A stretch of 64,000 nt of DNA from Bacteroidetes/Chlorobi group bacterium MS-B_bin-24 (GCA_003731685.1 RCNO01000006.1:11753-75752), one strand, 5' to 3'. Positions 29,339 through 38,188 are shown, counted from the first letter of the stretch. Notes: generated by a model not told the origin, from the sequence alone. Numbers and translations: made by a program.

Positions 29339-29942
29339 CGATAAATAGCTTTAACGAAGAATAAAAGGCTTCCAAAGGCAAGCCGACGACGTTGTAGTAG
29401 CATCCATTGATGCTTTTAACAAATACTGCACCGAAATCATCCTGGATGCCATAGGCTCCAGCCTTGTCCAAAGGTGAGCCCGAACTAACATAGGCATCGA
29501 TTTCTTTCTCGTCGATTTGACGGAAAGATACTTCGGTTCGCCGAAAGCAAGTTCGATATTCCATCGAAGGTGTATGGACAAGTGCAAGCCCAGTGAAAAC
29601 GATATGAGTTCTGCCCCTCAACTTTTTCAGCATAGCACGGGCTTCGTAGTCATCCCTCGGTTTAGTGAGAATTCTTCCATCGAGTACAACGAGGGTGTCG
29701 GCTCCAATAACAATCGATTCATTCTTGATTGTACTGGCAATTTTCATCGCTTTGGTTTTTGCAATTTCGCAGACTTTTCGGGAATAATCGAATATGTCCT
29801 CGAATAGATTATCTTCGTCGATTTCGGGTGGAATCACCTGAAACTCGAAGCCAAGCATTTTAAGCAAGTGCTTTCGCCGAGGCGACGAGGAGGCGAGAAT
29901 CAACGGATACTTTAAGCCGAGTAGTGTGTCGATACTGACCAT
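29310..29942 (-). CDS. maf: Maf-like nucleoside triphosphate pyrophosphatase
   Basis: ILASSSPRR N-terminal motif, GADT, and KAGAYGIQD near the C-terminus. Confidence 0.85.
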   Translation of the reverse strand: MVSIDTLLGLKYPLILASSSPRRKHLLKMLGFEFQVIPPEIDEDNLFEDIFDYSRKVCEIAKTKAMKIASTIKNESIVIGADTLVVLDGRILTKPRDDYEARAMLKKLRGRTHIVFTGLALVHTPSMEYRTCFRRTEVSFRQIDEKEIDAYVSSGSPLDKAGAYGIQDDFGAVFVKSINGCYYNVVGLPLEAFYSSLKLFIDELEAERKT

Positions 29943-29948
29943 AAGTGC

Positions 29949-30497
29949 CTAAAGCTCTTCAATCGTAAATTCTGAATTTGTATAGATACATATTTCCGAG
30001 GCTATTTTCAACGAAATTTCGACAATTTGCCGAGGCTCGAGGTTTGTATTTTGAACAAGAGCCCGAGCCGAGGCAAGAGCAAAAGGTCCACCCGAACCGA
30101 TTGCAGCCAGATTGTCGTCGGGTTCGACAACGTCGCCGTTTCCGGTAAGGACAAAGAGTTTTTCCTTGTTCATAACAATCATCATAGCTTCGAGACGCCG
30201 CAAATATCGGTCGGTTCGCCAATCACGAGCAAATTCCAATACAGAACGATAAAGATTGCCTCGGGTCGATTCAAGTTTTTCTTCGAATCGCTGCAAAAGG
30301 GCAAAAGCGTCGGCAGTTCCACCAGCGAACCCCGCCAATACACTGCCATTGTATAGCTTTCGTATTTTTTTTGCTGTATGTTTCAAAATCGTGTTCCCAA
30401 AAGTAACCTGACCATCGCTTCCTATCACCGCTTTCCCATCTTTTATCAAACCCAAAACTGTTGTTGAATGAAGAGTTTGTTTGCCGTCCTTTTGCAT
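29949..30497 (-). CDS. hslV: ATP-dependent protease subunit HslV
   Basis: HSTTVLGLIKDGKAVIGSDGQVTFGNTILKHTAKKIRKL (catalytic Thr after processing) and GSGGPFALASARAL. Start moved to the internal MQKDGK. Confidence 0.9.
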   Translation of the reverse strand: MQKDGKQTLHSTTVLGLIKDGKAVIGSDGQVTFGNTILKHTAKKIRKLYNGSVLAGFAGGTADAFALLQRFEEKLESTRGNLYRSVLEFARDWRTDRYLRRLEAMMIVMNKEKLFVLTGNGDVVEPDDNLAAIGSGGPFALASARALVQNTNLEPRQIVEISLKIASEICIYTNSEFTIEEL

Positions 30498-30546
30498 ATT
30501 ATTTTTGTAAATTAAAAAAATCAAATTTAGTAAATTTTGAATTAGA

Positions 30547-31191
30547 ATGAGCCTTGACTTTGCTCGAAGTGAATGGAAAGAGTTCTTCAAATCGCCTGCA
30601 AAAGTAATTTTGCTTATCTTTTCGTTCGCTCTGATGGTGCTTATGCTTCATCTTATTGCCAACTTTATTTGCAACATTGAGCACCGACAGGGTTTTGCTT
30701 TCGACGACCCGTTGCTTTCTTTGTTCAAACCAATTGACCTAACTTGGTTGATTTTTTCCGTACTCTATTTTTCGGTCATATTTGTCGTGATTCAATTGCT
30801 ATCGAATCCACGCAAGCTCATTCTTGGTTTCCTTTCCTACTCACTTTTGCTTTCGTTCAGAATTTTAGCTATGTATTTGCTACCACTCGACCCACCAAAG
30901 AACATAATTCTTTTGAAAGACCCGTTGATAGAATACTTCGGCACGGATGTTACTTTAACTCGGGATTTGTTTTTTTCTGGACACACTTCTTTGATGGTTC
31001 TCCTATTTTTGCTTTCGGAAGGGAAAGGGGCAAAGATTCTGCTTTTATGCGGGGTTGTCGTGGTTGGCTTGGGCGTAATGCTACAAAAAGTGCATTATTC
31101 CGTAGATGTTCTTGTTGCAATCTTCGCTGGTTATTGCAGTTTCGCTTGGACGAAGGCGATTCTCTCCCGATTTAAGATTTATCCTAAATAA
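30547..31191 (+). CDS. PAP2_C / sphingomyelin-synthase-like integral membrane protein
   Basis: Multi-TM protein with FFSGHTS (SGHT) and KVHYSVDVLVA (HYxxD) motifs, in the order found in the D3/D4 motifs of the SMS/PAP2_C family. Confidence 0.6.
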   Translation: MSLDFARSEWKEFFKSPAKVILLIFSFALMVLMLHLIANFICNIEHRQGFAFDDPLLSLFKPIDLTWLIFSVLYFSVIFVVIQLLSNPRKLILGFLSYSLLLSFRILAMYLLPLDPPKNIILLKDPLIEYFGTDVTLTRDLFFSGHTSLMVLLFLLSEGKGAKILLLCGVVVVGLGVMLQKVHYSVDVLVAIFAGYCSFAWTKAILSRFKIYPK

Positions 31192-31210
31192 ATTTGGCAA
31201 AAACTGAGCA

Positions 31211-31227
31211 AAGGTCTGCAAGACCTT
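31211..31227 (+). terminator. Small hairpin after the PAP2-like gene
   Basis: aaggtct-gca-agacctt (7-bp stem), 20 nt after the stop, followed by gtgcaatttt and then family-1 repeat copy C. Confidence 0.4.
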
Positions 31228-31239
31228 GTGCAATTTTAA

Positions 31240-31272
31240 AGACATCGGATGTTTTAGAAACATCCGATGTCT
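31240..31272. repeat. Nested-palindrome hairpin repeat (family 1, copy C)
   Basis: agacatcggatgttt-tag-aaacatccgatgtct, 15-bp perfect arms, between convergent genes (stops at 31191 and 31281). Confidence 0.9.
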
Positions 31273-31280
31273 CGCAAATT

Positions 31281-32018
31281 TTAAATCAAAAGGGAGAGGC
31301 TTTTCAGCTGGATTGGTTCGATTGAATAAAATGCTTCGGCATACTTGCAACCAACGAGGGTTCCGAAGTATCGGGCTCGTGCTTCCAATTCCTCGAAAAA
31401 CTCTGGGCGCGACAGCCGAGTTTCTGGCTCGTCCAAATTCGATTTACCTTCGACATAAACTTGCGATGTATAACATCTTATCGCTTCCAACTTCACTTCG
31501 TAAACATCGGTTATGTCCACAAAAAAATACGATGACACGGGGAATTGGTAGGATTGCATATAACAAAACATCTTACGAATTCGCCAAGTCTCTTGCTTTT
31601 TGCTATCAAAAATTGTTTCGAATTTTTTCAACCCGCTTAGGAACATTGCCTTGCGAACGATTGAATGAAGCCCTTCGTGGTCGGGGTGGCGTTCGAAACT
31701 TGGGCTCATCAAAACGATTTTTGGGCGATATTTTCTGATAACTACTGTTGTTTTGTAAATTGCTTCTTTGGTTAACAAAAGATTACCGTCGGGAAGGTTC
31801 AGATTCTCGCGGAATTTCGCTCCGAGCACTTTGCGTGCTTCTTCGGCTTCTTCGAGTCGCCGACTTGGTGTACCACGAGTTCCGAGCTCCCCTGCGGTCA
31901 TATCGACTATGGCGACCGAAAGTCCTTCGCGTGAAAGTTTTGCAATTGAGCCACCACATCCAATTTCGACATCGTCAGGGTGGGCTCCGAATGCCAAAGC
32001 ATCGACTTCGAAGTCCAT
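31281..32018 (-). CDS. PIG-L/LmbE family deacetylase, BshB1-like (bacillithiol biosynthesis deacetylase, probable)
   Basis: AFGAHPDDVEIGCGG and VDMTAGELGTRGT motifs, plus HPDH. Confidence 0.75.
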   Translation of the reverse strand: MDFEVDALAFGAHPDDVEIGCGGSIAKLSREGLSVAIVDMTAGELGTRGTPSRRLEEAEEARKVLGAKFRENLNLPDGNLLLTKEAIYKTTVVIRKYRPKIVLMSPSFERHPDHEGLHSIVRKAMFLSGLKKFETIFDSKKQETWRIRKMFCYMQSYQFPVSSYFFVDITDVYEVKLEAIRCYTSQVYVEGKSNLDEPETRLSRPEFFEELEARARYFGTLVGCKYAEAFYSIEPIQLKSLSLLI

Positions 32019-32021
32019 ACT

Positions 32022-32462
32022 TTACTTCCTTGTTAATGAATGGATTTTGCCGACTCGTCGTTGATGGCGACCACCCTCGAACGATTCTTCGAGGAATGCA
32101 GACACAATTTCCTTCGCCAGTTCAATGGGAATCAATCGGGCACCAAAAGTAAGCACATTAGCATCGTTGTGCTGGCGGGCAAGTCGCGCCATTTCGACCG
32201 AACAACAATTAGCTGCGCGAATTCCTTCGACTTTATTCGCAACAATGCTCATTCCGATTCCGCTACCGCAAATCAGAATCCCGAAATCGAAATTGCCAGC
32301 GGCGACTTCGCACGCAAGCGGATAAGCATAGTCGGGATAGTCGCAGGATTCGGAACTTTCACATCCAAAATCTTTTACCTCGTGTCCTAATTCCGCAAGG
32401 AAAGATTTAATAATATTTTTCACCTCGAACCCGGCGTGGTCCGAACCAATTGCTATTTTCAT
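32022..32462 (-). CDS. rpiB: Ribose-5-phosphate isomerase B
   Basis: MKIAIGSDHAGFEVK and ILICGSGIGMSIVANK signatures; 146 aa. Confidence 0.9.
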   Translation of the reverse strand: MKIAIGSDHAGFEVKNIIKSFLAELGHEVKDFGCESSESCDYPDYAYPLACEVAAGNFDFGILICGSGIGMSIVANKVEGIRAANCCSVEMARLARQHNDANVLTFGARLIPIELAKEIVSAFLEESFEGGRHQRRVGKIHSLTRK

Positions 32463-32471
32463 AATCCGGCG

Positions 32472-33026
32472 CTAAATAACAATCTCAGTCATTGGAGTGT
32501 GGTATTCTTCCTGCCGAGGCGTAGGCGAAACATCTTTGCCAAAGTTAAAGAGTATTGGCTTATGTTTGTTCTGTATCTTTTCCTGAATGACCATCAAAGC
32601 TTTGATTAAAGCTTCGGGGCGGGGAGGGCATCCCGAAACATAAGCATCTACAGGGAGAAATTGGTCGATACCTTGCACTACGGAATAACTCCGAAACATT
32701 CCACCGGTGGAAGCACAGACCCCCATCGAAATTACCCACTTTGGGTCGGGCATCTGGTCGTAGATTTTCCGCACGACCCAAGCCATTTTGTATGTAACTG
32801 TTCCAGCAACTATTAGCAAATCCGATTGCCTTGGAGTCATTCGGAATACTTCTGAACCGAAACGAGCCACATCGAAACGCGGCGAGGCGAATGCCATCAT
32901 CTCGATTGCACAGCAAGAAATTCCCAATGGCATTGGCCAAACGGAATTCTTTTGTGCCCACTTCAAGACTGCCTCGACAGTCGTTGTCAAAAAGCCTTCG
33001 CGGGCTAATAATTTATCTAATCCCAT
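32472..33026 (-). CDS. nuoB: NADH-quinone oxidoreductase subunit B
   Basis: Fe-S N2 ligand motifs [18 protein letters not shown] and GCPPRPE. Confidence 0.9.
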   Translation of the reverse strand: MGLDKLLAREGFLTTTVEAVLKWAQKNSVWPMPLGISCCAIEMMAFASPRFDVARFGSEVFRMTPRQSDLLIVAGTVTYKMAWVVRKIYDQMPDPKWVISMGVCASTGGMFRSYSVVQGIDQFLPVDAYVSGCPPRPEALIKALMVIQEKIQNKHKPILFNFGKDVSPTPRQEEYHTPMTEIVI

Positions 33027-33373
33027 TGTAAACCTCCTTTTTTAAGTTCATAATAATAACCAGCTAACAAAATTATAATAAAAATTATCATTGACCAAAA
33101 ACCTGCAAACGAAAGAGACGAAAAACTAACTGCCCAAGGGTAGAGAAAGACAACTTCAATGTCGAACACGATAAAACTCATTGCAATCAAGTAGAATTTA
33201 ACAGAGAAGCGTTCGCGTGCAGTTCGGTAAGGAATCATACCGCTTTCGTATGTAGTGATTTTTTCCCGCGTGACCCTGCGCGCTCCCATCCATTCCGAAA
33301 GTATCATAAAAACAAAAGCAACAGCGAACCCAAAGATTACCATCAATACCAACGGCAAATAAGTTTCCAGCAT
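33017..33373 (-). CDS. nuoA: NADH-quinone oxidoreductase subunit A
   Basis: 118 aa, 3 [43 protein letters not shown] is the NuoA/ND3 signature. 10-nt overlap with nuoB. Confidence 0.9.
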   Translation of the reverse strand: MLETYLPLVLMVIFGFAVAFVFMILSEWMGARRVTREKITTYESGMIPYRTARERFSVKFYLIAMSFIVFDIEVVFLYPWAVSFSSLSFAGFWSMIIFIIILLAGYYYELKKGGLQWD

Positions 33374-33440
33374 ATTTACCTCTGTTTAAAAAAGCAAAAT
33401 TAATATTTTTTTTCTACTTTTTCTGGTTTTTGGAATTTTT

Positions 33441-34292
33441 TTACTTGCAAATAATCAATGGGAACGAAGCAAAAACATTTGGGGCTTTGTAAACAACAAT
33501 ATATAGACCTTCTTCGAAAATACTGACATCAAAATTTGCTTTATAATAAAATGGTGATAGTTTTTCGATTGATACCGAGAAAGGTTTATCCACTTTTGAC
33601 CCCGACAAGTCGTAAATTGAAAAGTTTTCAGGTTTTATCTCGTTAAACCTATAAAAATCGCTATCAATATTCAAATAAAACTTGCCATTATTGCTTTGAA
33701 AATTATAAACTTTCGTACCCATACTCGAAACATCATTCTCATTAATTATCCACTCTTTGTAATTATATTGAAGCTCATAAAATTTGCCTTGGTTCGTTCC
33801 TACAAAAAGTTTTTTTGACGACGAAAAAATTTCTGTCGCTGGGTAGCTTATTTCAAGCGAATCGAGAAGATTGAAATTTGTATCCAAAACAAATATTTTG
33901 TTCATTTGAGATGTTAATAAATAAATCAAATTTGTATCAACTGAAATATCAACAAATCAATAATTTGTTGGTATTGGATATTCAAACCATTTGATTCCAT
34001 CAAACGATTTAATAAGCATTGACGAATCTTTAATTCCCCAAAAAGTTTCATCAAAAGTAATAATTTTTTCAATAGTATTAGTTATTCCTTCGCCTAATGC
34101 AATTTGCTCCCAATTTTCACCTTTATCCTTTGAAACCAAAATATTTGCAAAGTCTCCATATATCACCACAGCATTTGAGTTATTGCAAATTCCTTTTAAA
34201 CCAATATTCAATATTTGGAAATCTACTTTATAGGCAAACGAATTGAAAAAAGGAAGAAAAACAAATATCAAAACCAAAATAACTTTCTTCAT
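33441..34292 (-). pseudogene. Secreted BNR/Asp-box protein with a T9SS-type C-terminal domain, interrupted by an in-frame TGA at 33957..33959
   Basis: ORFs 33957..34292 (signal peptide MKKVILVLIFVFLPFFNSFA, Asp-box SKDKGENW) and 33441..33929 (C-terminal FSIYDLSGSKV...GLYIVVYKA) are in the same frame, separated only by one TGA and 9 sense codons. Confidence 0.55.
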
Positions 34293-34530
34293 TTTGTCCT
34301 CTCATTTAAATTTAAAATCAATTAACAAAATTAACTAAAAAAGAAAAAAATATCAAAGCCCGGGGCAAATGGAGTCCCGGGTTAAGAATTATTCACAATC
34401 GGTTGGGGGGAAGAAATTACACCTTTCACAAAACCCTTTGGCGTAAATAACAAAATCAAGCAAGTTGATTTTTGCCAACAAAATGTTTTGTTTTTTCGTT
34501 AATTTTTCTTAATTTTGCTTTTTGGAAAGT

Positions 34531-34605
34531 GGGCGGATAGCTCAGGTGGTATAGAGCGCCTGCCTTACAAGCAGGAGGTCGGGAGTTCGAGTCTCTCTTC
34601 GCCCA
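34531..34605 (+). tRNA. tRNA-Val (anticodon TAC)
   Basis: Acceptor gggcgga/ttcgccc (one G-U), D arm gctc-aggtggta-gagc, anticodon stem cctgc/gcagg with loop ctTACaa, T arm gggag-ttcgagt-ctctc. Confidence 0.9.
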
Positions 34606-34609
34606 CAAC

Positions 34610-34695
34610 GCAGAAGTGGCGGAACTGGCAGACGCGCTGGACTCAAAATCCAGTGGGCTTAAAAACCCGTGCGGGTTCGACTCCCGCCTTCTGCA
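34610..34695 (+). tRNA. tRNA-Leu (anticodon CAA), class II with long variable arm
   Basis: Acceptor gcagaag/cttctgc, anticodon stem ctgga/tccag with loop ctCAAaa, long variable arm gggcttaaaaaccc, T arm gcggg-ttcgact-cccgc. Starts 4 nt after tRNA-Val. Confidence 0.9.
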
Positions 34696-34940
34696 CAATG
34701 TTCTTTTTCCTTTCCAATTCCAAATTTCTTTACTTTTGCCGATAATTTGTAAAACTAAACTTAGGGTTAATTCTATCCCACTAAATTCTTTTAAAAGTTG
34801 ATTTTCTTTATCCTATTTGAGTCAAATGTATTTCTACCTGACTATTTTGAATCTTAATCCAGAATCCTAATATCAATCTGGATTTTTCTACTCCAATCGA
34901 TTTTTTTGGTTTAATTTTGTCTTTATCGTAATCAAGTTTT

Positions 34941-36602
34941 ATGGAAATCGAAAACAGAAGCAAGTTGCGTTTGAAGTTGGTTTTTCTTTTAATATTGTTT
35001 TTCTTTGTGGTTATTCTCCTTCGGCTGTTCTACATTCAAGTTATCGACAGAGCAAAATACCAGAAACTTGCGGAACTTCAACAGATACGCAAGATTGAAT
35101 TAAAAGCAAAGCGGGGAAATATTTACGACCGCAATGGCGTTCTTCTTGCCACAACTGTCGAAGCCTCGTCTTTTGCAATCGACCCGCAACTTGTTCGCAA
35201 GGATTCGTTGGCAATGGTGCAATTGTTTACATTTGCAAACATATTGGGAATTTCAAATGAGCAAATAAATTCTTTCCTAAATTCCAAAAGGAATTTTCAA
35301 TGGTTAAGGCGAGGCTTGATTGAATACCCCCCGTCACTCGATACTTTTGGCTTTCAAGGTTTGATTGTTTCGAAGGAGCCAAGGCGATTTTACCTTTTTG
35401 GCAAGGCATTATCGAATGTAATCGGGGTTACAAACCTCGACAACTCGGGCATCACGGGACTGGAACTTGCTCTGGATTCTATACTTAAAGGTGTCGATGG
35501 ATTTGCTTTTTTCCTTCGGGATGCACGCGGGCAATTGATTCCTAATTTCGACCTTCCCAGTGTTAATCCAATCAATGGCAAGGATATTCAATTAACTATT
35601 GACATAAATCTCCAAAGAATTTCGAGCTATTTCCTTCAGGATGGCATCGAAAAGACTCGTTCGAAAGGTGGTTGCGTGATTGCGATGAATCCACGCAATG
35701 GCGAGATTCTTGCAATGGTGAGCTTCCCACAGTTCAATCCGAACAACTCGCAATCGTGGAACGAAACAATCGACAAGAACTACGCTGTGAATTTCCTTTT
35801 CGAGCCGGGTTCAACCTTGAAGCCAATTATTGCAGCTATTGCACTCCAACGGAAAATTGCTTCTCCCGACGAAATTTTCAACGCATTCGATGGGAAATTC
35901 CTCATTGGTGATGTTCAAATTACCGATGAGCATCCTGCTTCGAAGCTAACATTGGAGGAAGCCATAATCTATTCCAGCAACATTGTATTTTCGCAAATTT
36001 CTGGTCGAATTCCACCCGAAATTCTCTTATCCGAATTGTCCAAATTTGGTTTTGGCAAAAAAGTTGGAATTGAAATAGCGGGCGAATTATCTGGCTCGAT
36101 ACCACAGGCGAACAACCTCACATCGATACAACAAAAATTTTTAGGCTTCGGATATGGTCTCTCGGTAACCCCAATTCAATTGGCAGCCGCATATACTGCA
36201 ATCGCAAACGAAGGCGTAATGGTAAAGCCTCGAATTACTTTGGCGCAGTCGAAATTTATGCTTAAAGACACGATAATTCAGCGAGAAACGGCAGGACAAC
36301 TCAAAGAAATGCTCGTAAAAGTGGTTGAATTTGGCACGGCAGTCGAAACGAAAATCGAGGGAATTAAAATTGCTGGGAAAACAGGGACGGCACAAAAATT
36401 CACCGACGGAGCTTATTCCAAAACCCAATACATTAATTCTTTTGTTGGGTTTCTGCCAGCCGAAAACCCCAAGATTCTAATCCTTGTGATGCTTGATGAG
36501 CCTCAAAGTTCTATATATGCCAGTTCGACCGTTGTCCCAATTTTCAAGAAAATTGTCCTTGCCATATATAACTCACCGCTTTTACATCCACTTTTGGAAT
36601 AG
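34941..36602 (+). CDS. Class B penicillin-binding protein (FtsI/PBP2-type peptidoglycan D,D-transpeptidase)
   Basis: N-terminal TM anchor. Transpeptidase motifs STLKP (SxxK), SSN and KTGTA (KTG). Confidence 0.85.
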   Translation: MEIENRSKLRLKLVFLLILFFFVVILLRLFYIQVIDRAKYQKLAELQQIRKIELKAKRGNIYDRNGVLLATTVEASSFAIDPQLVRKDSLAMVQLFTFANILGISNEQINSFLNSKRNFQWLRRGLIEYPPSLDTFGFQGLIVSKEPRRFYLFGKALSNVIGVTNLDNSGITGLELALDSILKGVDGFAFFLRDARGQLIPNFDLPSVNPINGKDIQLTIDINLQRISSYFLQDGIEKTRSKGGCVIAMNPRNGEILAMVSFPQFNPNNSQSWNETIDKNYAVNFLFEPGSTLKPIIAAIALQRKIASPDEIFNAFDGKFLIGDVQITDEHPASKLTLEEAIIYSSNIVFSQISGRIPPEILLSELSKFGFGKKVGIEIAGELSGSIPQANNLTSIQQKFLGFGYGLSVTPIQLAAAYTAIANEGVMVKPRITLAQSKFMLKDTIIQRETAGQLKEMLVKVVEFGTAVETKIEGIKIAGKTGTAQKFTDGAYSKTQYINSFVGFLPAENPKILILVMLDEPQSSIYASSTVVPIFKKIVLAIYNSPLLHPLLE

Positions 36603-36654
36603 AGAAGTTTTAGGTTTCGCAAAAAAGGGCTACGACTCAATGCACAATCTGGAG

Positions 36655-36686
36655 AGACATCGGATGTTGCAAAAAGACCGATGTCT
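36655..36686. repeat. Nested-palindrome hairpin repeat (family 1, copy D, partly degenerate)
   Basis: agacatcggatgtt-gc-aaaaagaccgatgtct: the outer 9 bp pair and the inner part has diverged. Confidence 0.75.
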
Positions 36687-36805
36687 TGTTGTTCGCTAGG
36701 ACGATTGCACTACTATTGAGTTAAGTGGCTCCTGACCAACGTTAACCTATTCATACTATTGCACCACTACTTGAAGAGGAGTTGAAACCCCTTGTGGGTT
36801 TTCCG

Positions 36806-36838
36806 AGACATCGGATGTTTCAAAAACATCCGATGTCT
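36806..36838. repeat. Nested-palindrome hairpin repeat (family 1, copy E)
   Basis: agacatcggatgttt-caa-aaacatccgatgtct followed by tgttttt. Lies 151 nt after copy D. Confidence 0.9.
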
Positions 36839-36955
36839 TGTTTTTCCCGAGGGCGGCTGCACTACTTTTGGGAAAAGAGGCAAAAATTCCTTATTAACCT
36901 ATTCCTACTACTGCATCTTCGACGTTTGAACGAGGAGTTTTAAATTTATTATCGT

Positions 36956-36985
36956 TATCCGATGTTTTTAAAACATCGGGTGTCT
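36956..36985. repeat. Nested-palindrome hairpin repeat (family 1, copy F, swapped-centre flavour, left arm truncated)
   Basis: ttatccgatgttttt-aaaacatcgggtgtct, about 150 nt after copy E. Ends 4 nt from the stop of the convergent gene at 36989. Confidence 0.7.
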
Positions 36986-36988
36986 CCC

Positions 36989-38188
36989 CTATTTCAATAT
37001 GTATTCAATTCCTTCGAGTTTGCCGTCGGTATTCCCTCGTGGGACAATGTTAAGGATTTTGCAGATTAATGGGTAGATGTCAACATTTTGGATTGTACCG
37101 ACGCGATATCCTTTTTTGAACGAGGGACCGCCTGCAAGGAAAATCCCGTGCATATCCATCCAATAATTGTCGTAGCCGTGGTTCCCTTTTACTTTGTGGA
37201 CATAATCTTCATTACTTGTTGAAAGAGTCCATTCAAACTCGGGTATCACAACTAAATCCCCTATGAATGGATTATTGGAAAAATGGAAATATGCCGGAAC
37301 TTCGCTCCTTTTGTACACTTTGAAGTTTTTTTCTGAGCGTTTCAAAATCTTGTATGCTTTTTCAACAGAATCAGGATTTCCATTTACAAATGCCAAATAG
37401 CCAGCGGAATTTATGGTAACATCCTTAACATTTAAAAGTGAGGAAATGTTTATAATTCTGTCGCTTTTCACATCGGTCATTCCGTGGTCCGAAACGACGA
37501 TGATGTCGATGCTGTCTTTGATAGGAAGCTCGCTTAACTTTTGAAGAAGATAACCAAAGACTTGGTCGCAAACCATAATTGCAGTATCCACTTGTGGTGA
37601 ATTTGGACCAAAAGCGTGCCCACGATTATCTGTTTCTTCAAAATAGATTGTTACAAAGCGAGGGCGCTTTTCGAAAGGCAAAGATAACCAAGAAACAACG
37701 GAATCGACACGAGTGCGATAAGGAATTTTCGAGTCGTATTTCATAAAAATATCGGGATGCCGCCATTCCAATTTGAGTTCGGAGCCGGGCCAAAAGAACG
37801 AAGCAGTTTTAAGTCCCTGCCTGCGTGCAGTTTCCCAAATAGCTTCGCCGAGATACCACCACGGGTCGGTAACAGCATTTGTATCGCGCAATGTAAAAAC
37901 ATCTCCCGAGTATCGATTAATTATGTGATTCCCAATAATGTTGTGATTTTCGGGGTACATCCCGGTTATAATCGAATAATGATTTGGGAAAGTGACGCTT
38001 GGGAACGAAGGTTTAAGCGAAATAGCCCGAACACCGTTAGAAGCAAAATTGGTAAGATTTGGCGATAAGCCTCGGTCAAGATAGTCCCAACGGAAGCCAT
38101 CGAACGAAACCAAAACAACATAGGGCAAAGCAAACAACAATTTTGCATTTATCAAAAATGCAAACATTAACCCAAAGAACAATCTCAT
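36989..38188 (-). CDS. Ectonucleotide pyrophosphatase/phosphodiesterase family protein (alkaline-phosphatase superfamily)
   Basis: Signal peptide. VLVSFDGFRWDYL and PSFPSVTFPNHYSIITG (nucleophile Thr region). DHGM and GNHGYD metal-ligand motifs. Confidence 0.85.
   Translation of the reverse strand: MRLFFGLMFAFLINAKLLFALPYVVLVSFDGFRWDYLDRGLSPNLTNFASNGVRAISLKPSFPSVTFPNHYSIITGMYPENHNIIGNHIINRYSGDVFTLRDTNAVTDPWWYLGEAIWETARRQGLKTASFFWPGSELKLEWRHPDIFMKYDSKIPYRTRVDSVVSWLSLPFEKRPRFVTIYFEETDNRGHAFGPNSPQVDTAIMVCDQVFGYLLQKLSELPIKDSIDIIVVSDHGMTDVKSDRIINISSLLNVKDVTINSAGYLAFVNGNPDSVEKAYKILKRSEKNFKVYKRSEVPAYFHFSNNPFIGDLVVIPEFEWTLSTSNEDYVHKVKGNHGYDNYWMDMHGIFLAGGPSFKKGYRVGTIQNVDIYPLICKILNIVPRGNTDGKLEGIEYILK

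Noticed and set aside
33957-33959. TGA as selenocysteine or programmed recoding in the split BNR/T9SS gene
   Set aside because: I could not fold a convincing SECIS-like stem-loop immediately downstream of the TGA (only a weak 6-bp pairing). Nothing in the protein context suggests a redox-active Cys/Sec site. Nonsense mutation or sequencing error is more parsimonious.
34356-34382. cccggg...cccggg hairpin with a T-run on the minus strand as a terminator
   Set aside because: No minus-strand gene lies upstream of it (the only candidates are shadow ORFs over the tRNAs). The stem is short (6 to 8 bp) with an 11-nt loop.
34456-34698. 80-aa minus-strand ORF, and the 76-aa and 61-aa plus-strand ORFs, overlapping tRNA-Val and tRNA-Leu
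   Set aside because: They coincide exactly with two well-folding tRNA genes. The open frames are incidental.
36655-36985. Possible CRISPR array, because of regularly spaced palindromic repeats
   Set aside because: The period is about 150 nt, far longer than CRISPR repeat-plus-spacer units. There are only three copies, the intervening segments are homologous to each other rather than unique spacers, and no cas genes are in the window.
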